From: Eledone cirrhosa
Lineage: Eukaryota
Length of the DNA: 64,000 nucleotides
Direction of reading: 5' to 3'
NCBI GenBank assembly: GCA_964016885.1
Contig: OZ024742.1
Location: 139,004,001-139,068,000, forward strand
Shown here piece by piece: positions 43,001-56,874 of this stretch; the first letter of the stretch is position 1, and each line of letters opens with the position of its first letter. The translations under genes were made by a program, and so were the position numbers. The notes beneath the pieces were generated by a model, which worked only from the letters and a program-made list of their open reading frames with translations, did no database searches and had not been told where the DNA came from.

Positions 43001-45100
43001 TCGTCAAGGGTCTGGTGGGAGAGCGCAGACATACGCCATTCCGGACAGATCCATACACGATAACCTCCACCTCATGCGATACATCATAGAGAGGGTGGTT
43101 AAGGAACCTGGCAAGGGTGTGGCCCTGATCAACTTGGATCAATCCAAAGCATTCGATAGGGTCGACCATCGGTACCTGGCGGCGGTCCTCGAGGCAGCCG
43201 GTTTCGGGCCCGTTTTGAGGGGTTGGATCGCAGCAATGTACAGCGACATCTGTTCAGTTGTGAGGGTGAACGGTCACTTGTCGCAGCCGTTCAGCATCAT
43301 GCGCTAAGTCCGCCAGGGTTGTCTCCTCTCGTCCCTCTTGTACGTATTGGCTCTCGAGCCGTTACTGCACAAACTGGGGGCGATGAGGGGCGTCCTACGC
43401 GAACTAGGATGCGGGAAATCCGAGTCGGCTTACGCTGACGACGTCACCGTGGTGGTGTCGAGCACCAGACACGTCCAGATGCTCGGCACCGCTCTCAAGG
43501 AATACGAAGCGGTGACAGGAGCAAAGATAAACCAGGAAAAGTCGGTGGGCTTGCAGCTCGGCACCTGGAGAGGCAAGTCCATGCCGTCCGACAGCGTTGT
43601 GGGGCGTTGGACGGACGGACCGGTTAAATTGCTCGGGGTCTGGTTCGGACCGGACCTCCAGATGGAGAAAAACTGGAACGAGGTGACGAGCAGGGTGGCC
43701 TCCCTCACCTAGAAATGGGCTGAGAGGAAGCTGTCCCTGAAAGGCCGTGTGGAGGTGGCGAATGTGTACATCGCATCCGTCATCTGCTACTGCCTCACCG
43801 TCGTCCCTTGCTCCAGCCCAACTCTCACCAAAATGGAGTGCCTCCTCTTCCGCTTTTTGTGGAAGGGACGCGCTCCTATGGTCAGACGATCCATCTGCTG
43901 TCAACACCCGTTGCGTGGAGGACTGGGCATACCATGGCTGATGATGCGCAAACATGCGCTGAGGCTGCGACATCTCTGGTGCTTCCTTGATGGTGAACGG
44001 GTGTGGTCGCCGTTCGCCAGGCACGTTTTCCCACAGCTCGTCTCCTTGACGGAGCTGCAGTCCTGGGTCAGAAAAAGACCGAGGGATAGCGCTTGGAAAC
44101 TGGAATGTCTCCAGGCGCTCACTGCCCTCTCCCAGCTGGGCACCAGTATCGATGGAACATCCACCTCGGCGTTCTATAGAGGACTAGTGGAGGGGAAGAG
44201 CGACGACATTCTCGGAGAGATCCTGGGCGTCGAAGAAGATCAGCTGATTGCTCTCTTCCGGAGAACTTTCAGCCCAGGGCCTATGGATAACTTCCAGAAA
44301 TCCCTGGCCTGGCAGTGCTACCGGGGAACTTTGCCTGTTCGAGATAACTCTACAGGCACGGAAGTGCCGTCAGCCGAGCCTGTCCGAGATGCGCGCGGAG
44401 CGACGAAACCGTCGTGCACGCACTGGTTCAGTGCCCGAGCATTGCTGACTTGTGGAGCTATGTCGAACAGTTGCTGTCGCGTGTGGGACTGATCCAGTTG
44501 TCGACTGAGTCCATTGTGCAGATGGTCTCGCCGTCTTCCTTCGAGGAGGAGGGGCAGGCGGTTTTCATCTGCCTGGTGGCCATGGCGAAAGAGATTGTGT
44601 GTTGGACAAGGTTAAAAGGGTTAAAGACAGACACTTTCCTTTTCGGCGAATCCCTAATTAACTTTTTCAAGTTTCACTTGAAGAGGAAAATCAGGGTGGA
44701 GAGGCAAGTGCTGCTTTCTAGCAAGTTTGTTGAAAGGTGGGTGAATGTAACGAGAATGGTCCGAGTGAACGGGACCACTCTGAATATACGCCTGTAGTTT
44801 GAGAAATGGCAAACATGAAAGAGGTCGCTTGCCCTGGTGGTAAGGGTGGCCGTGGTCTTTTGTGTGGTTTTCGCCAAGAGTAACCCTCTGAGGTTTCCCC
44901 CTATTGGGGAATTTTTCATTGTTTCAATTTTCATTTTTATTGTTTATATATATATATATGTTTCTATGTCCTTTTTTTTCTTTTCTTATATAAATAGTAA
45001 AAATATTTACACGCACAAAACCCACATCGTACCGTCTTGTACCGTCCTGTGCCGTCTGTAATGTTTTTCTTGATGTCAGCCCTTGTGGCCAATAAAGAAA

Positions 45101-45150
<50 letters not shown>
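40015..45150 (+). mobile_element. Tx1 copy D: 5'-truncated ORF1 (to ~41362), full-length decayed ORF2 (41399-44797), 3'UTR, (ATT)n tail
   Basis: CYLCGSKGHLRAYC knuckle; APE, RT and C-terminal CPRC..ET..HAL..C motifs; AATAAA then ATT repeats 45104-45150. Confidence 0.95.
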
Positions 45151-45152
<2 letters not shown>

Positions 45153-48100
45153 ATGCTATGGTTGACGGAGGCTCGGCTCTGTAAGGTATTGTAAATTTTG
45201 ACCACTATAACAATTGTAAATTGTTTAAAACTTTAACCAACTTGTAGACAAAAACACCCTCCTCGTCGTGAGAGGGGTCTTTCTGCCGGTTATTTGGCCC
45301 TTCGGGGTTAAATAACCGCTTATTGGGGTTTTGTGCCCAATATTTATTTTAAACAAAAAACAACAACATGGCTACGAAAAAGAATTTTCATAGGTCACTC
45401 CCACTCATTCCGTCTTCTTCTTCCTCAATCGTCACTACAGCAGAGAGAAGATTGTCTCTCTCCCTCCCTTCTCTAAATGTGTCTCTCTCCCTCCCTTCTC
45501 TAAATGTGTCTCTCTCCCTCCCTTCTCTTTCGCAAGCGACGCCAGAAAAGAAAAATCACGTGCAAAGCGTGCAAGATTTCTCCACGACGACGACGACAAC
45601 GACGAAAAAGGTGTGCGGGAAATACGAAAACCCATTTCATTCGTCTGACGTCAGGAATAATAGCAGTAGCAGCCGTAATAACAGCAGCAAGAGTGACAAG
45701 GAAAACAACAGTAGCAGCCGCAACAACAACAGCAGCAGCATAAACAACAACAGCATTAGCAGCAACAGCAACAACAACAGCAGCAGCAGCAGCAATAACA
45801 ACAACAACAACCACAGCAACAGCGGCAGCGGCAGTAGTCGTAGTACCTGCAGCAACAACAAAAGTAACAGCAGCTCTGACGACAACAACAACAACAACAA
45901 CAGTAGCAAAGAAAAATCAATCTCATTTGCAGGTATCGCAAAGAACCTGGAAACCATCCTCATAACAAATGAGGAATTAGAGGAAGCGAAGAAGATGGTG
46001 ACGAAAACCGGACACCGAGCAATCTGCAAGGCAGCCGAAAAATCTTTCGAAACCCAACAGCACTGTATGGTCACGTACCGTACAGTAAGCACAAAATCCC
46101 GTAGGGTTGAAAGAGCCACAGAGGCTCAAATACAAAAAGCCTTAGGGTCTGTGTGGCAGCGGAAAACGCACATCACCCGAGGCGAGAAATATGCCACCGT
46201 AGACGTGCTTTTTGCCACACCCCAGGAGGCAAAGGCTCAATCCTTAGTGACCCTAAGGAGCGAGGAAATGGTGTTGGTGCCCTCCTACTGCGGGCAAAAA
46301 ATTGTAAGGGTCAAACTGACCCACGTCCCCCCCCCCCCCCGGGATGGCCCCTTCTTGGCTGGCCGCGTCTGTCCTCGTCGGAATCGAGGACAAAACAACT
46401 GTACTGCAAGTACAGAAAAAAGTAAGAGAAGATTGGGTCGGCACCTCCATTGAGATGTTAATCCAAACCAACCAGGAGTGCATCGAAGCTATCCCGGATG
46501 TGATAGACTTCGATAACGGCACTCAACTGCCCATAAGTGTTGAGGGCAAACGCCCGAAATGCTTTCGCTGTGGATCGAAGACTTACCTCAGGGTCTTCTG
46601 CAACGAGAAGACCCTGAGAAAGGAGAAAATCCCCCTCCTTCCGAAACCGGCTCCACGGCTATCAGCAACAGGACAAGCGGCAACCAGTGGCACCCATACC
46701 CACGCCACGGAAATCAAAAACAGCAGCAGCAGTGGAAGTATTAACAACAACAACAGTAATACCAAATGCAGCTGCAACAGAGACTCCAGTGCAAACATCA
46801 CCAACAACAACAAGTGAAAGAGTGGAGCTGGTACCCCTCCCCGACCTCACAGAATCAGACATGGAGTGTGAGGTGGGAGAGGGATGGCAAAAGGTCGTAA
46901 GAAGGCACAAACGCAGAAGCAGCGCATCGTCGCCTTCGAAAAGGGAGGAAAGAAATGAAAAAAGGGTAAAGGCTACTGCAAAGAGACTCACAGCAGCAGC
47001 ACCACCAACACCATCACCACCCACACTAGCACCATAATCACCAATGGCGACAACCCCACCGCCAACAACAACAACACCTTCAACACCACCACCACAAGCA
47101 CCAACATCGCAAACACACCCAGCAACAACGACAAGAAAATAGCAGAACCACACCCCACCCCCAGAAAAACAAATGCACGGCAATAAATACACACAACAAG
47201 AAACTAATGACTTACATAATTGAACACACAGACATTTCACAGCACGACAACATAATACCAGCACCAATCAAAACGCCAACTAACATAAGACTGCTAAAAA
47301 TAGCACAGAAACAATACACAAACATTAAAACGAAATTCCCCAACGCAGTTGGTGATTTCAGAAACCTAGCAGGGACTCTCAACCGAAGAGTATATTCGGA
47401 CATACTCATAGAAGAGCCGACGACCAGCCGAAGGGACGATTCAACAGTCCCTTCACCAGACGATCAAGTGAAAAGGGATGGAAAAACCATCCTTCCTCTA
47501 CGAAAAGTACGGTAAGTGGTCTTTCCCATCTTTTCCACTCTATTTTAAACATGACCTCACTCAGAATAGGCAGCATAAATGCGCGTGGCTTGGGGTCGTC
47601 ATGGAAGCAGGGTCACCTGCTCAACGACCTCAAGTCACTAAACATAGATGTAGTGGCCATCAGCGAGACCAGAATCTCCGAAGCACGGGCCTTCGCACCG
47701 ATTTTCGGCAGCTACGATGTGAACGCATCTCGCGGCTGGATCGGGGGGAGGAGTTGCTGTGCTTTTTCGGAGAGGTTTGGATCTCGCCATACGGGCCATC
47801 TTCCTGGACCCAGAAGGTAAGTTGGTGGTGCTGGACGTGACCAGCGGAGACGAGCAAGCTTTCAGGCTAGTGGCTGTCTATGCCCCGACAGAAGCAGGGC
47901 GGCCTGATTTCTTCCGGCGTCTGGAGACCTTTCTTGGAACGTCCCGCTCTTTAGTGTTAGTGGGCGACTGGAACGGGATCTTAGATGCACGCTGGGACTG
48001 TGTGGGATTAGCGGATAGGGGTGGAGGGTGCAAGAGCCTCACCAACCTGCTCAGGCGTTTTGAACTGTCTGACAGGTACCGATTGGATTTCCCGAATGTG

Positions 48101-49550
48101 CCAATGTGACTTGGACAAATCGCATAGGGTCATCCAGATCATATCTAGATAGAGTATTTTGTAGGGAAATAGATAGGTCTAGCATAGGTTGTCCACAATT
48201 CAAGATAGTCAGCTACACGGACCACAAATTCGTGATCTGTGTGCCTGACTTCGATAGCCACTTCTTGGCTGGCCGCGTCTGTTCATAGACGAGGACCCGG
48301 CTACTGGAAGCTAAACGCGTCCTTACCAGCGCGCAAGGCCTACAGAGACCGTATTAGCGAACTAGTTAAGCGGGCGTTGACGGGGGACATCGTCAACAAC
48401 AAGTGGTGGTTTGCTCTGAAAAGAGCGATTAGAATAGAATCGATTAGGTTTAGTAAGGCTTTAGCAATATAGAAAAATAGAGCAGAGGGAGAATTAGTTA
48501 GAAAATCAGACGAGGCGCTTAGCAAAGGCATTGCGACCGACGTGCTTGCGGCGAAATTGGCCCTTGACCAATTCTTCAATGCAAAGCACGAAGGCTGCGT
48601 TGTCAGAGCAAGGGTGCGTGCTCTCAGACACGAGGGGACGAAAGCCGTTCAATGGGCCCGAGTGGCGGAGGCGCATCGTGGCAACAAAGCCACGATCCGG
48701 TCTTTGGTGGACCACGACGGGCGCATGCTACTCGATCCCGGGCAAATGTGTGAAGCTTTTCAGCGACACTTCGCCCAAATGTTCGGGGGCAGTGGCGGGC
48801 CGGATCGAGGGATGGGCTTTAGTGTCTACCTCGACGGACTGCCGCGGCTTTCGGCCACTGAGGCGGAGTGTTGCGAAAAGCCGATTACAACCGCTGAAGT
48901 ACGGGAGGCAATGACTGGCTGCACAAGGGGTAAATCACCTGGTTTGGATGGTCTGCCCTATGAACTTTACGTACAAATGCCAGACTTGTTCGGAGGCCTC
49001 TTGGCGGACGTCTACTGCAACTGGCAACAGAACGGGAGAATTCCCAGCTCTGTGAGCCGAGGAGTGGTGACGCTGCTGAGAAAGGATCCGAACAAGGGGG
49101 ATATCATAGATAATTTTAGGCCCATAACTCTGCTAAACACAGAGTTCAAGATTTTGGCCAAGGTGCTAGCAAAGAGGTTGGCGCTTGTCGTTGGTGGTCT
49201 GGTGGGAGAGGCACAGACGTGCGCCATTCCCGACAGATCCATCCACGACAACCTCCACCTCATGCGATACATCGTAGAGAGGGTAGCTAGGAAACCTGGC
49301 ACGGGTGGGTCCTTGATCAATTTAGATCAGTCGAAAGCCTTCGATAGGGTCGACCATCGTTACCTAGCGGCAGTCCTGAGGGCGGCTGGCTTTGGGCCCG
49401 TCTTCAGAGGCTGGATCGCTGCCATGCACAGCGACATCTGCTCTGTAGTGAGAGTGAACGGTCACCTTTCGGAACCGTTCAACATCATGCGCTCGGTCCG
49501 CCAAGGATGTCCCCTCTCGTCCCTCTTGTACGTATTGACTCTCGAGCCAT
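45151..49550 (+). mobile_element. Tx1 copy E: 5'UTR, ORF1 (45368-47515), ORF2 (47551-49550, broken inside RT)
   Basis: CFRCGSKTYLRVFC knuckle; APE and RT to QGCPLSSLLYVLTLEP; ORF1 is D-like and ORF2 is C-like. Confidence 0.95.
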
Positions 49551-49779
49551 AGCTATGGTAAATGAAATGGAGAATTAGTGATTGCAAGGTGAACACATAA
49601 ACCATTCAGCTATGCTATTTCCCCTAACTGGTGATACGCATCTGGAATATCGTGTCTAATAATATGGGATTATATAACTACTGCCGATTAGTCAATATAT
49701 CGATTTAAAAACAATGAACTGATTAAGCACTAAACTTCGCCTTTTGTTTTGATTGTTCAACATACACATATACATCATC

Positions 49780-50540
49780 ATTATCATCATCATCAGTTTT
49801 ACGTCCGTTTTTCCATGCTTGCATGGGTTGAACAGCATCTCTCCACTCACCGCATTGCTTCGTCATCTCCTCTGTGAGTCTCGGCGATATGGGATCAGCT
49901 CTCACCAACCCCGCCCAGGTCTTCTTTGGCCTACCTCTACTGTGACTTCCTTCCACTGAGATTTCCTGGCACATGTTCACTCAGCGACCATAGACCATGC
50001 GCATCACATGTCCATATCAACGCAGTCTCCTCTCTTGCATACCAATTCAAATTCCTATTAAAACCAGTTTCTCCCTCAGTTCATACAAGCTCTGCCTTTC
50101 TCTCACATTTACATTGTGCATCCAACGAAGCGTGGTTGCTTCATTTCTCTCCAGGTTACATTTTTTCTGTAGGCACTGCCCATGTTTCCCTGACATGCAG
50201 CTTGGCACTTTACACACAGATATTATACATACGTCCTTTTGTATGTAGGCAGAAACCTTTTATTGTTAACAGTGGGAATAGCTATCTCAACTTCTGTCAT
50301 CCTATCCATATTCTAGCTATTATGCTCTCAGAGCACACTCCGCTACTAATTAAGTCACCTAGAAGCTATCAACCACTTCTATAGATCCTTCATTGAGTAC
50401 ATCGGATAGAGTTTGTGCCCACTACTTTTCTACATACTAAACAGGGCCACTTCCCCGATGGAATCAGGGCCCTAACTTATCAGCATTTTATATGTAGGAT
50501 CCTGATGTAAATTGAGAGGCAACCACATTCCTGATGATTA
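49780..50540 (-). mobile_element. Decayed RTE LINE 3' fragment
   Basis: Minus GRPKKTW motif and (GAT)n-type tail, homologous to 22110-22896. Confidence 0.75.
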
Positions 50541-50587
50541 TTTATGAATGAAACATTTCTAGTCCTGTAGAAAACATTTCTAAAATA

Positions 50588-50825
<238 letters not shown>

Positions 50826-50828
<3 letters not shown>

Positions 50829-53800
50829 TTTCTTTATTTACCATAAAGGCATAAAAAGAAGGGACAAATACAAAGGGGGAGTTTACATAAAATCGAGTAA
50901 AAAGGGTATAAAATGAAAACAACCTTAAAAGGGAGGGGACGTGATGGGGGTTGCACACACCCCCGAAAAAGTGTGCAATTCTTTGCCCGGGGAGCACATG
51001 GAGAAGGTGCTCCCCTCTCCTTCACTTCTTTACCAGGATGGTATACAGAGAAGGCCCATTTACACGAGCCATTCTCGCCACTATCACCCACCTTTCATAA
51101 AACTGCCCGTGGCCAAGCACCTCTCTCTCCATTCTTATCCTTCTTCCGAAGTGATATCGGAAGAAGTAGACCAAACTATGGCCAGAGAGGAAGTTGCCTG
51201 ACCTCAGACCTTTCAATCGTGTCCATCAAACAACCTCTTTCAACATGGCTATTACGCACAGAAAAACCGCCTTTGCTTCCTTTGTGTAGAGGGGAGGCGG
51301 CTTGATTGTCATCACGGACTCGGCGGTCAATCGAATCGGCGCCACCCGCGACAGCAGTCGTTCGGCTTAGCCCCACAGATCAGCCACGCCCGGACATTGC
51401 ACCAATGCGTGCGCAACGGTTTCTTCGTGACGCACGCATCTAGGGCAAATCTTTTTCGAGGGATCCCTGCCCGGGCGCCCGTGTCTGTAGAGCCTCTCTC
51501 GAACGGGTAGAGCCCCTCGGTAGCACTGCCAGGCTAGTGACTTCTGGAAGTTGTCCATTGGTCCCGGGCCGAAAATCCTACCGAACAGGCTGGACAGTTC
51601 GTCCTCTTCCATGTCCAGCGACTCTCCAAGGGTGTCATCGCCCCTGCTAGCCACCAGCCTTCTATAGAATGATGAGGTGGATTCTCCACCGATGGCCTGG
51701 CCCGCTTGCCAGAGAGCCCTGAGCGCCTGGGCACACTCAGTGTGCCAGTCTCCCAATTTTCCGGATCTTTGCTTCACACAGGACTGCAGCTCGGTGAGCG
51801 AGACGAGTCTCAGAAAGGCTCGTTTCACGAACGGAGCCCACACCGGTTGACCAGTGAGGAATACCTGTAGGTGCCGTAGCCTTAATGCGTGCCTACGCAT
51901 CATCAACTACGGCATCCCCAGCCCTCCTTTCGAAGGTTGTTGGCAGCAGATGGATCTTCTCACCATAGGAGGGCGCTTCTTCCAAAGAAATTGGAAGAGC
52001 ATGCGTTCCATGGTGGTGAGTGTTTCCTTAGGGCAAGGCACGACAGTCAGGCGGTAGTAAGTGACGGACGCTATGTAAATGTTCGCCACCTCCGCCCGAC
52101 CTTTTAGGGACAGCTTACACTTGGCCCATTTCTGGGTTAGTGCAAACACCTTGTTCGTAACCTCGTCCCAGTTCTTTTCCACCTGGAGGTCGGGTCCAAA
52201 CCAAACCCCAAGCAACTTGACCTGGCCCTCCGTCCAGTGTCCGACGACACCCTCGGGAGGCATCGGTCTGCCTCTCAACGTTCCGAGTTGCAGCCCGATG
52301 GATTTTTCCCGGTTCAGTTTCGCTCCTGACAACCTTTCGCAATCCTCCAGTAAGGTACCGATCGCCTCGATCTCCGAGTCGGTCGATACCATTACTGTTA
52401 CGTCATCGGCGTAGGCCGACACCGCTTTGCTCAATCCTGGTTCCAGGGGGATACCCTGCAACAACTCCAACTTCCTCAGTAAAGGCTCGAGAGTCAATAC
52501 GTACAGAAGGGAGGAGAGAGGGCACCCCTGTCGAATGGATCGTGTGATTTCGAACGGCTTCGAAAGGTAGCCGTTCACCTTGATCCTAGAACAGATGTGG
52601 TTGCTATGTAAGGCAGTGATCCAGCCTCTGAAAACAGGACCGAACCCAGCCGCCGCTAGCACCGCATCCAGGTAACCATCCAGGTAACCTATCGAAGGCC
52701 TTAGACTGATCCAAGTTGAACAGGGCCCCACCGAAGCCGGGTTTGTTGCCAACCCTCTCTATGATGTATCGCATGAGGTGGAGGTTATCGTGAATGGACC
52801 TGGATGGGATAGCACATGTCTGCGCATCTCCCACCAGGCCACCCACGACAAGCGCCAACCTCTTTGCTAACACCTTGGCCAAAATCTTTAACTCTGTGTT
52901 TAGCAGGGTTATGGGCCGAAAATTATTTATACTATCCCCTTGTTCTCGTCCTTCCTCACCAGCGAGACTACGCCCTTGGCTACAGAACAAGGAATTCTCC
53001 CGTTCTGCTGGCAATTGCAGTAGACCGCTTCGAGGAGTTCGGAGAAGAAGACCGGCATTGCTAAATAAAGTTCGTAAGGTATACCATCGAGACCTGGAGA
53101 TTTGCGTCTGCTGTATTGGCTCAGCGCATCCCCGATCTCATCAGCCGAGATTGGTCCCTCGCAGGACTCTGCCTCTTCGCTCGAGAGACGCGGCAGGCCG
53201 TCGAGGTATGGACCGAAATCCACGTCCCCGCCCGGACCCTCGCCTCCCCCGAATAATCGGGCAAAGTGCCTTTGAAAGGCCTCGCAATCTTCTTAGGCTC
53301 CCGGATCACCCGTCCATCCTCGTCTTGCAAAGACCGGACGGTGGATCGATTTCCACTCTTAGCTTCTGTCACGCGGTCCCAGCCAACGGCTTTGGCCCCC
53401 TCATTACCTAGAGCACGTATTTTACTTCGAATGACGCAGCCTTCGTGCTTTGCATCGAAAAACTGGTTCAAGGCCGTCCTCGATGCCAGCACTCTGGCCA
53501 CATCTTCGCTCTTGATTGCCTCTTCTAATTTACCTGTTAATTCTTTCTCGTTTCTATTCCTATCGGCAGCTAACATCTTGCTATAACTTATTGATTCTGT
53601 TCTAATCTCTCTTTTGAGAGATGCCCACCATCGGTTGTTGACGATTGCACCCGTCAACCTCTCCTTAACTAATCTGCTAATCCGGTTTCTATAAGTCTCT
53701 TTTGCCGGTAAAGACAAATTAAGTTTCCAGTAACCGGGACCCTGTTTATGTGTTTTCTCGAGATTGACTACGCAGGTCACTAATTTGTTATCCGTATAGC

Positions 53801-56646
53801 CAACCGTGAGCATTTCTGGACAGCTTAATATGTCCCTATCCTTACTTCTAACTAAGAATCTATCTAAGTACGATCTAGATTGACCACTGTGGTTCGTCCA
53901 AGTCCAGGTTGGCACAGTTGGAAAATCTAGTCGATATCTATCGACTAAGTTAAAACGGTCGAGTAACCCCTTGAGGCTGTTACACCCCCCTCTATTAGGA
54001 CATGCTCCTGCATAGTCCCAACGTGCATCTAGGATGTCATTCCAATCACCCGCTAGAAGCAGGGAACGCAACGTTCCCAGAAAAGTCTCCAAACGCTGGA
54101 AGAAGTCGGGCCGTTCAGCTCCGAAAGGGGAGTAGACGGCGACCAGTCTCAAGGCCGCACCTTCACCACTGCCAACGTCTAGCACCAACAAACGACCCTC
54201 CGGGTCCGAGTGAACAACCTGTACGGCGAGACCCAGGTGTTTTTCCAGCAGTACGACAACCCCACCCCCACCTCCAGGTTGACAAAGAGATGCATGCACC
54301 TCAAAGTCATCGAAGGTAGGGGCCAGCTGCCGCACGACGCTGATCCGAGTCTCACAGATAACCATTACATTTATACCACGTGACCTGAGGTCATTTAGAA
54401 GCTTTGCTTGCTTCCAAGTTGAGCCCAGGCCACGTGCATTCAAACATCCTACTCTTAACACATCCATGTGGGCGGCAAAGCCAAAGGAGAGTGTAGATAC
54501 CTACCTTTCTGCTTCCCGGGGTTCGGGTCGCACGACTTCCATGGGGTCGGGGGTGTTGGATGAAGGGGTGTCTTCTGGTGGTGTGGGGTCGTCAGTGTGT
54601 GGTGGGGTTGGGGTGTTTGGAGTTGTGTTGGGGAAGGGAAGGGGAGGGGGAAAGCTTTTTAGTAGAACGCGGTTTATGGGTTTGACAGAGGGTGGTCCTA
54701 CGTCCTCCTTAAAATCCTTTTTTAGTTTTTGGTAGAGGTTCATTGGGATCTTTATTAATTTTAAATGTGGGTAGTTTTCTGAAGAAACAAAGTTTACACC
54801 TTCGGTTTGTACCGAAGGATTATTGTTTATGAGTTCATTTAATTTATTATTGTTTCTGTTGATGTAAGTATAGTGTAATGTCTTTTTTTCGGATGGTGTG
54901 AGTGTTTCGAAGAGGGGAGGGGCAGGTTTGGTTTTGTTTGTTGCTGGAGGGGTGTTTTGTGTTTTGTTGGATTGTGTTGACATTTGGGTAGGGGTTGTTT
55001 GGCCTTGTGTGTTTTGCACATGTTTTCTTTTTTTCCTTTTAATCTGTCTGAAGGACTCCGTTTCTTCCTCCGAATTCGTTGGGTTATCTTCAGTGTTGGA
55101 GGGAAGAGGTATGTTTGCTGGTAATGTTTCCGTGTTGGTTTTCTTTGTGGGGGAGATGGGTGTCACTATGTTAGACTGTGTTGTGTGTTGTGGCTGCGGT
55201 GGTTGTGTTGTTTTATTGAGTGAGGGGTTGGGTGGGACTGTATTTTGTTTTTGGGTAATGTGTTGTGACTGTTTGTGTTGTTGTGGTGGTGGTGTAGTAT
55301 TACTGAGGGACGGGTTGGGTGGGACTGAGTTTTGTTGTTTGTTTATCTGTTGTGGTGGTGGTGGAGCTGGTGTTGGTAGCAGGGTTTTATTTTTGTTGAG
55401 TTGGTGACAAGCCGCCTTCAGGTGCCCTCTGCCTGCACAGATATGACAGGACGGCCTTCTCCCCTCCACGCTAATGTTTATATACCCGTGGCCCTCTAAT
55501 AGGATTCTGTCGGGTATTTGGGCGATGCGTTCAGGCTTCATTTGCACTACAAGTTCTATACCTGTTCCACTGAACGCATTGCCTGTGGTTTTCCCAATGG
55601 AAATCACGTTGTCATTCGCTGGATCGATGAAGCCAGCTATGAGCCCAGCAGTAGTCCACATCTGGCATCATTGCATCCAGCCATATGCGCTGAGTTCTTT
55701 TACCCATATAAGATGGATAAAAGGTAAAATTTGTCGAACGAATCGGTGACAAAGCACATTTTTTTGCCGCCGATTCGTTCTTCATAATAATCGCTAGGCT
55801 TCCATACAGTCTGTCTCTTCTTATGAAAGTGGTTTCATTAAGTACTTCTGTAAGTACTGCTTTGATTTCTGTTTGTGTTGGCTGTTGAGATTTTTTTAGA
55901 AATGTTGATGGTGCGGAAAACGACCGTCCGACTTTCAATGTCTTTGGTGAGTTCTTGAGGCATTTTTACCGATAAAATACCATTTTCCCCTTCAGTAATG
56001 TATTGTTTGGCGTCTGTAATTCTTTGTGCCACATCTGAAATATTTTCAGGTATATATGTCAAAGATTTCTTTGTTGTTTATGCAAATGAAATATTATTGG
56101 TGTTGACTTTGTCGTCTGCTTTGCTTTCTGTTATGATGTTGTTTTCAAATGTTATTTTTGTGTTTGTCGTGTCTTTGTTTGTGGTATTAATATTGTCATG
56201 CAATTTTTCAAATTTTTTTTTTTTCGTTGTTGGAATCAATGTCCAGATTTGTGTTTTCGTTATTTTTTTACGCAGATTCGTCTGTTTTTATTTTATTTTT
56301 TCTTTCCTTCTCTATGACGTTAGTTGGGAAGGAAGGGGGGGGGGACTAAAGCGTGCGAGCTTACAACTCTTACCGCTGTCCCCCCACCACTATTTTCGTT
56401 AACTTCGTTTAACATTTCTGTCAGACGATTGAAATTTTTTATGCCACAACATTTTTAAAAAGAGGATTTTCACCCCTGGGAGGGGCAAAGATGAGCTGAC
56501 CCACCGCCTGACAGTTCAGACGGGGGGTCAAGCTACACAATAGTATCAAAATTAAAATTGAACTTACAAAATTTCCGCAATAAATTTGAACAAAACTTCT
56601 GCGCGAAGTGAATTACATCTACGCTGTAGAACAGACGACAGCTAGA
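50826..56646 (-). mobile_element. Tx1 copy G, divergent second family, near full length: ORF1 (~56200-54501), ORF2 (54467-~51022)
   Basis: CHICAGRGHLKAAC knuckle; APE ORF 53121-54467; RT YADD; CPRCVRHEETVAHALVQC; AATAAA then (ATCT)n tail; (TAGA)n on both flanks. Confidence 0.95.
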
Positions 56647-56835
56647 TGATAGATAGATATATAGATAGATAGATAGATAAATATACACGGGTGTGTATGA
56701 TTGTGTATAGAAGATTATATTAATAAGAGGAATTCCAACTTTGTCTGATTTACTCGTTATATTTACAATCCTTTAAAATTTATAATGGTATTATAATGAA
56801 ATAGTATGATAGAATATTAAATGTTAAGTGTTAAT

Positions 56836-56874
56836 TGAACAAGTACTTTCATGCTTTCGCAATCTTCAGGTTCA
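56836..56874 (-). ncRNA. Minimal type-I hammerhead ribozyme (Penelope pLTR type)
   Basis: Minus: UGAAC-CUGAAGA-U UGC GAAA GCA U-GAA-AGUACU-U-GUUCA; full core, 5-bp stem I, GNRA-capped stem II, palindromic stem III. Confidence 0.7.
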
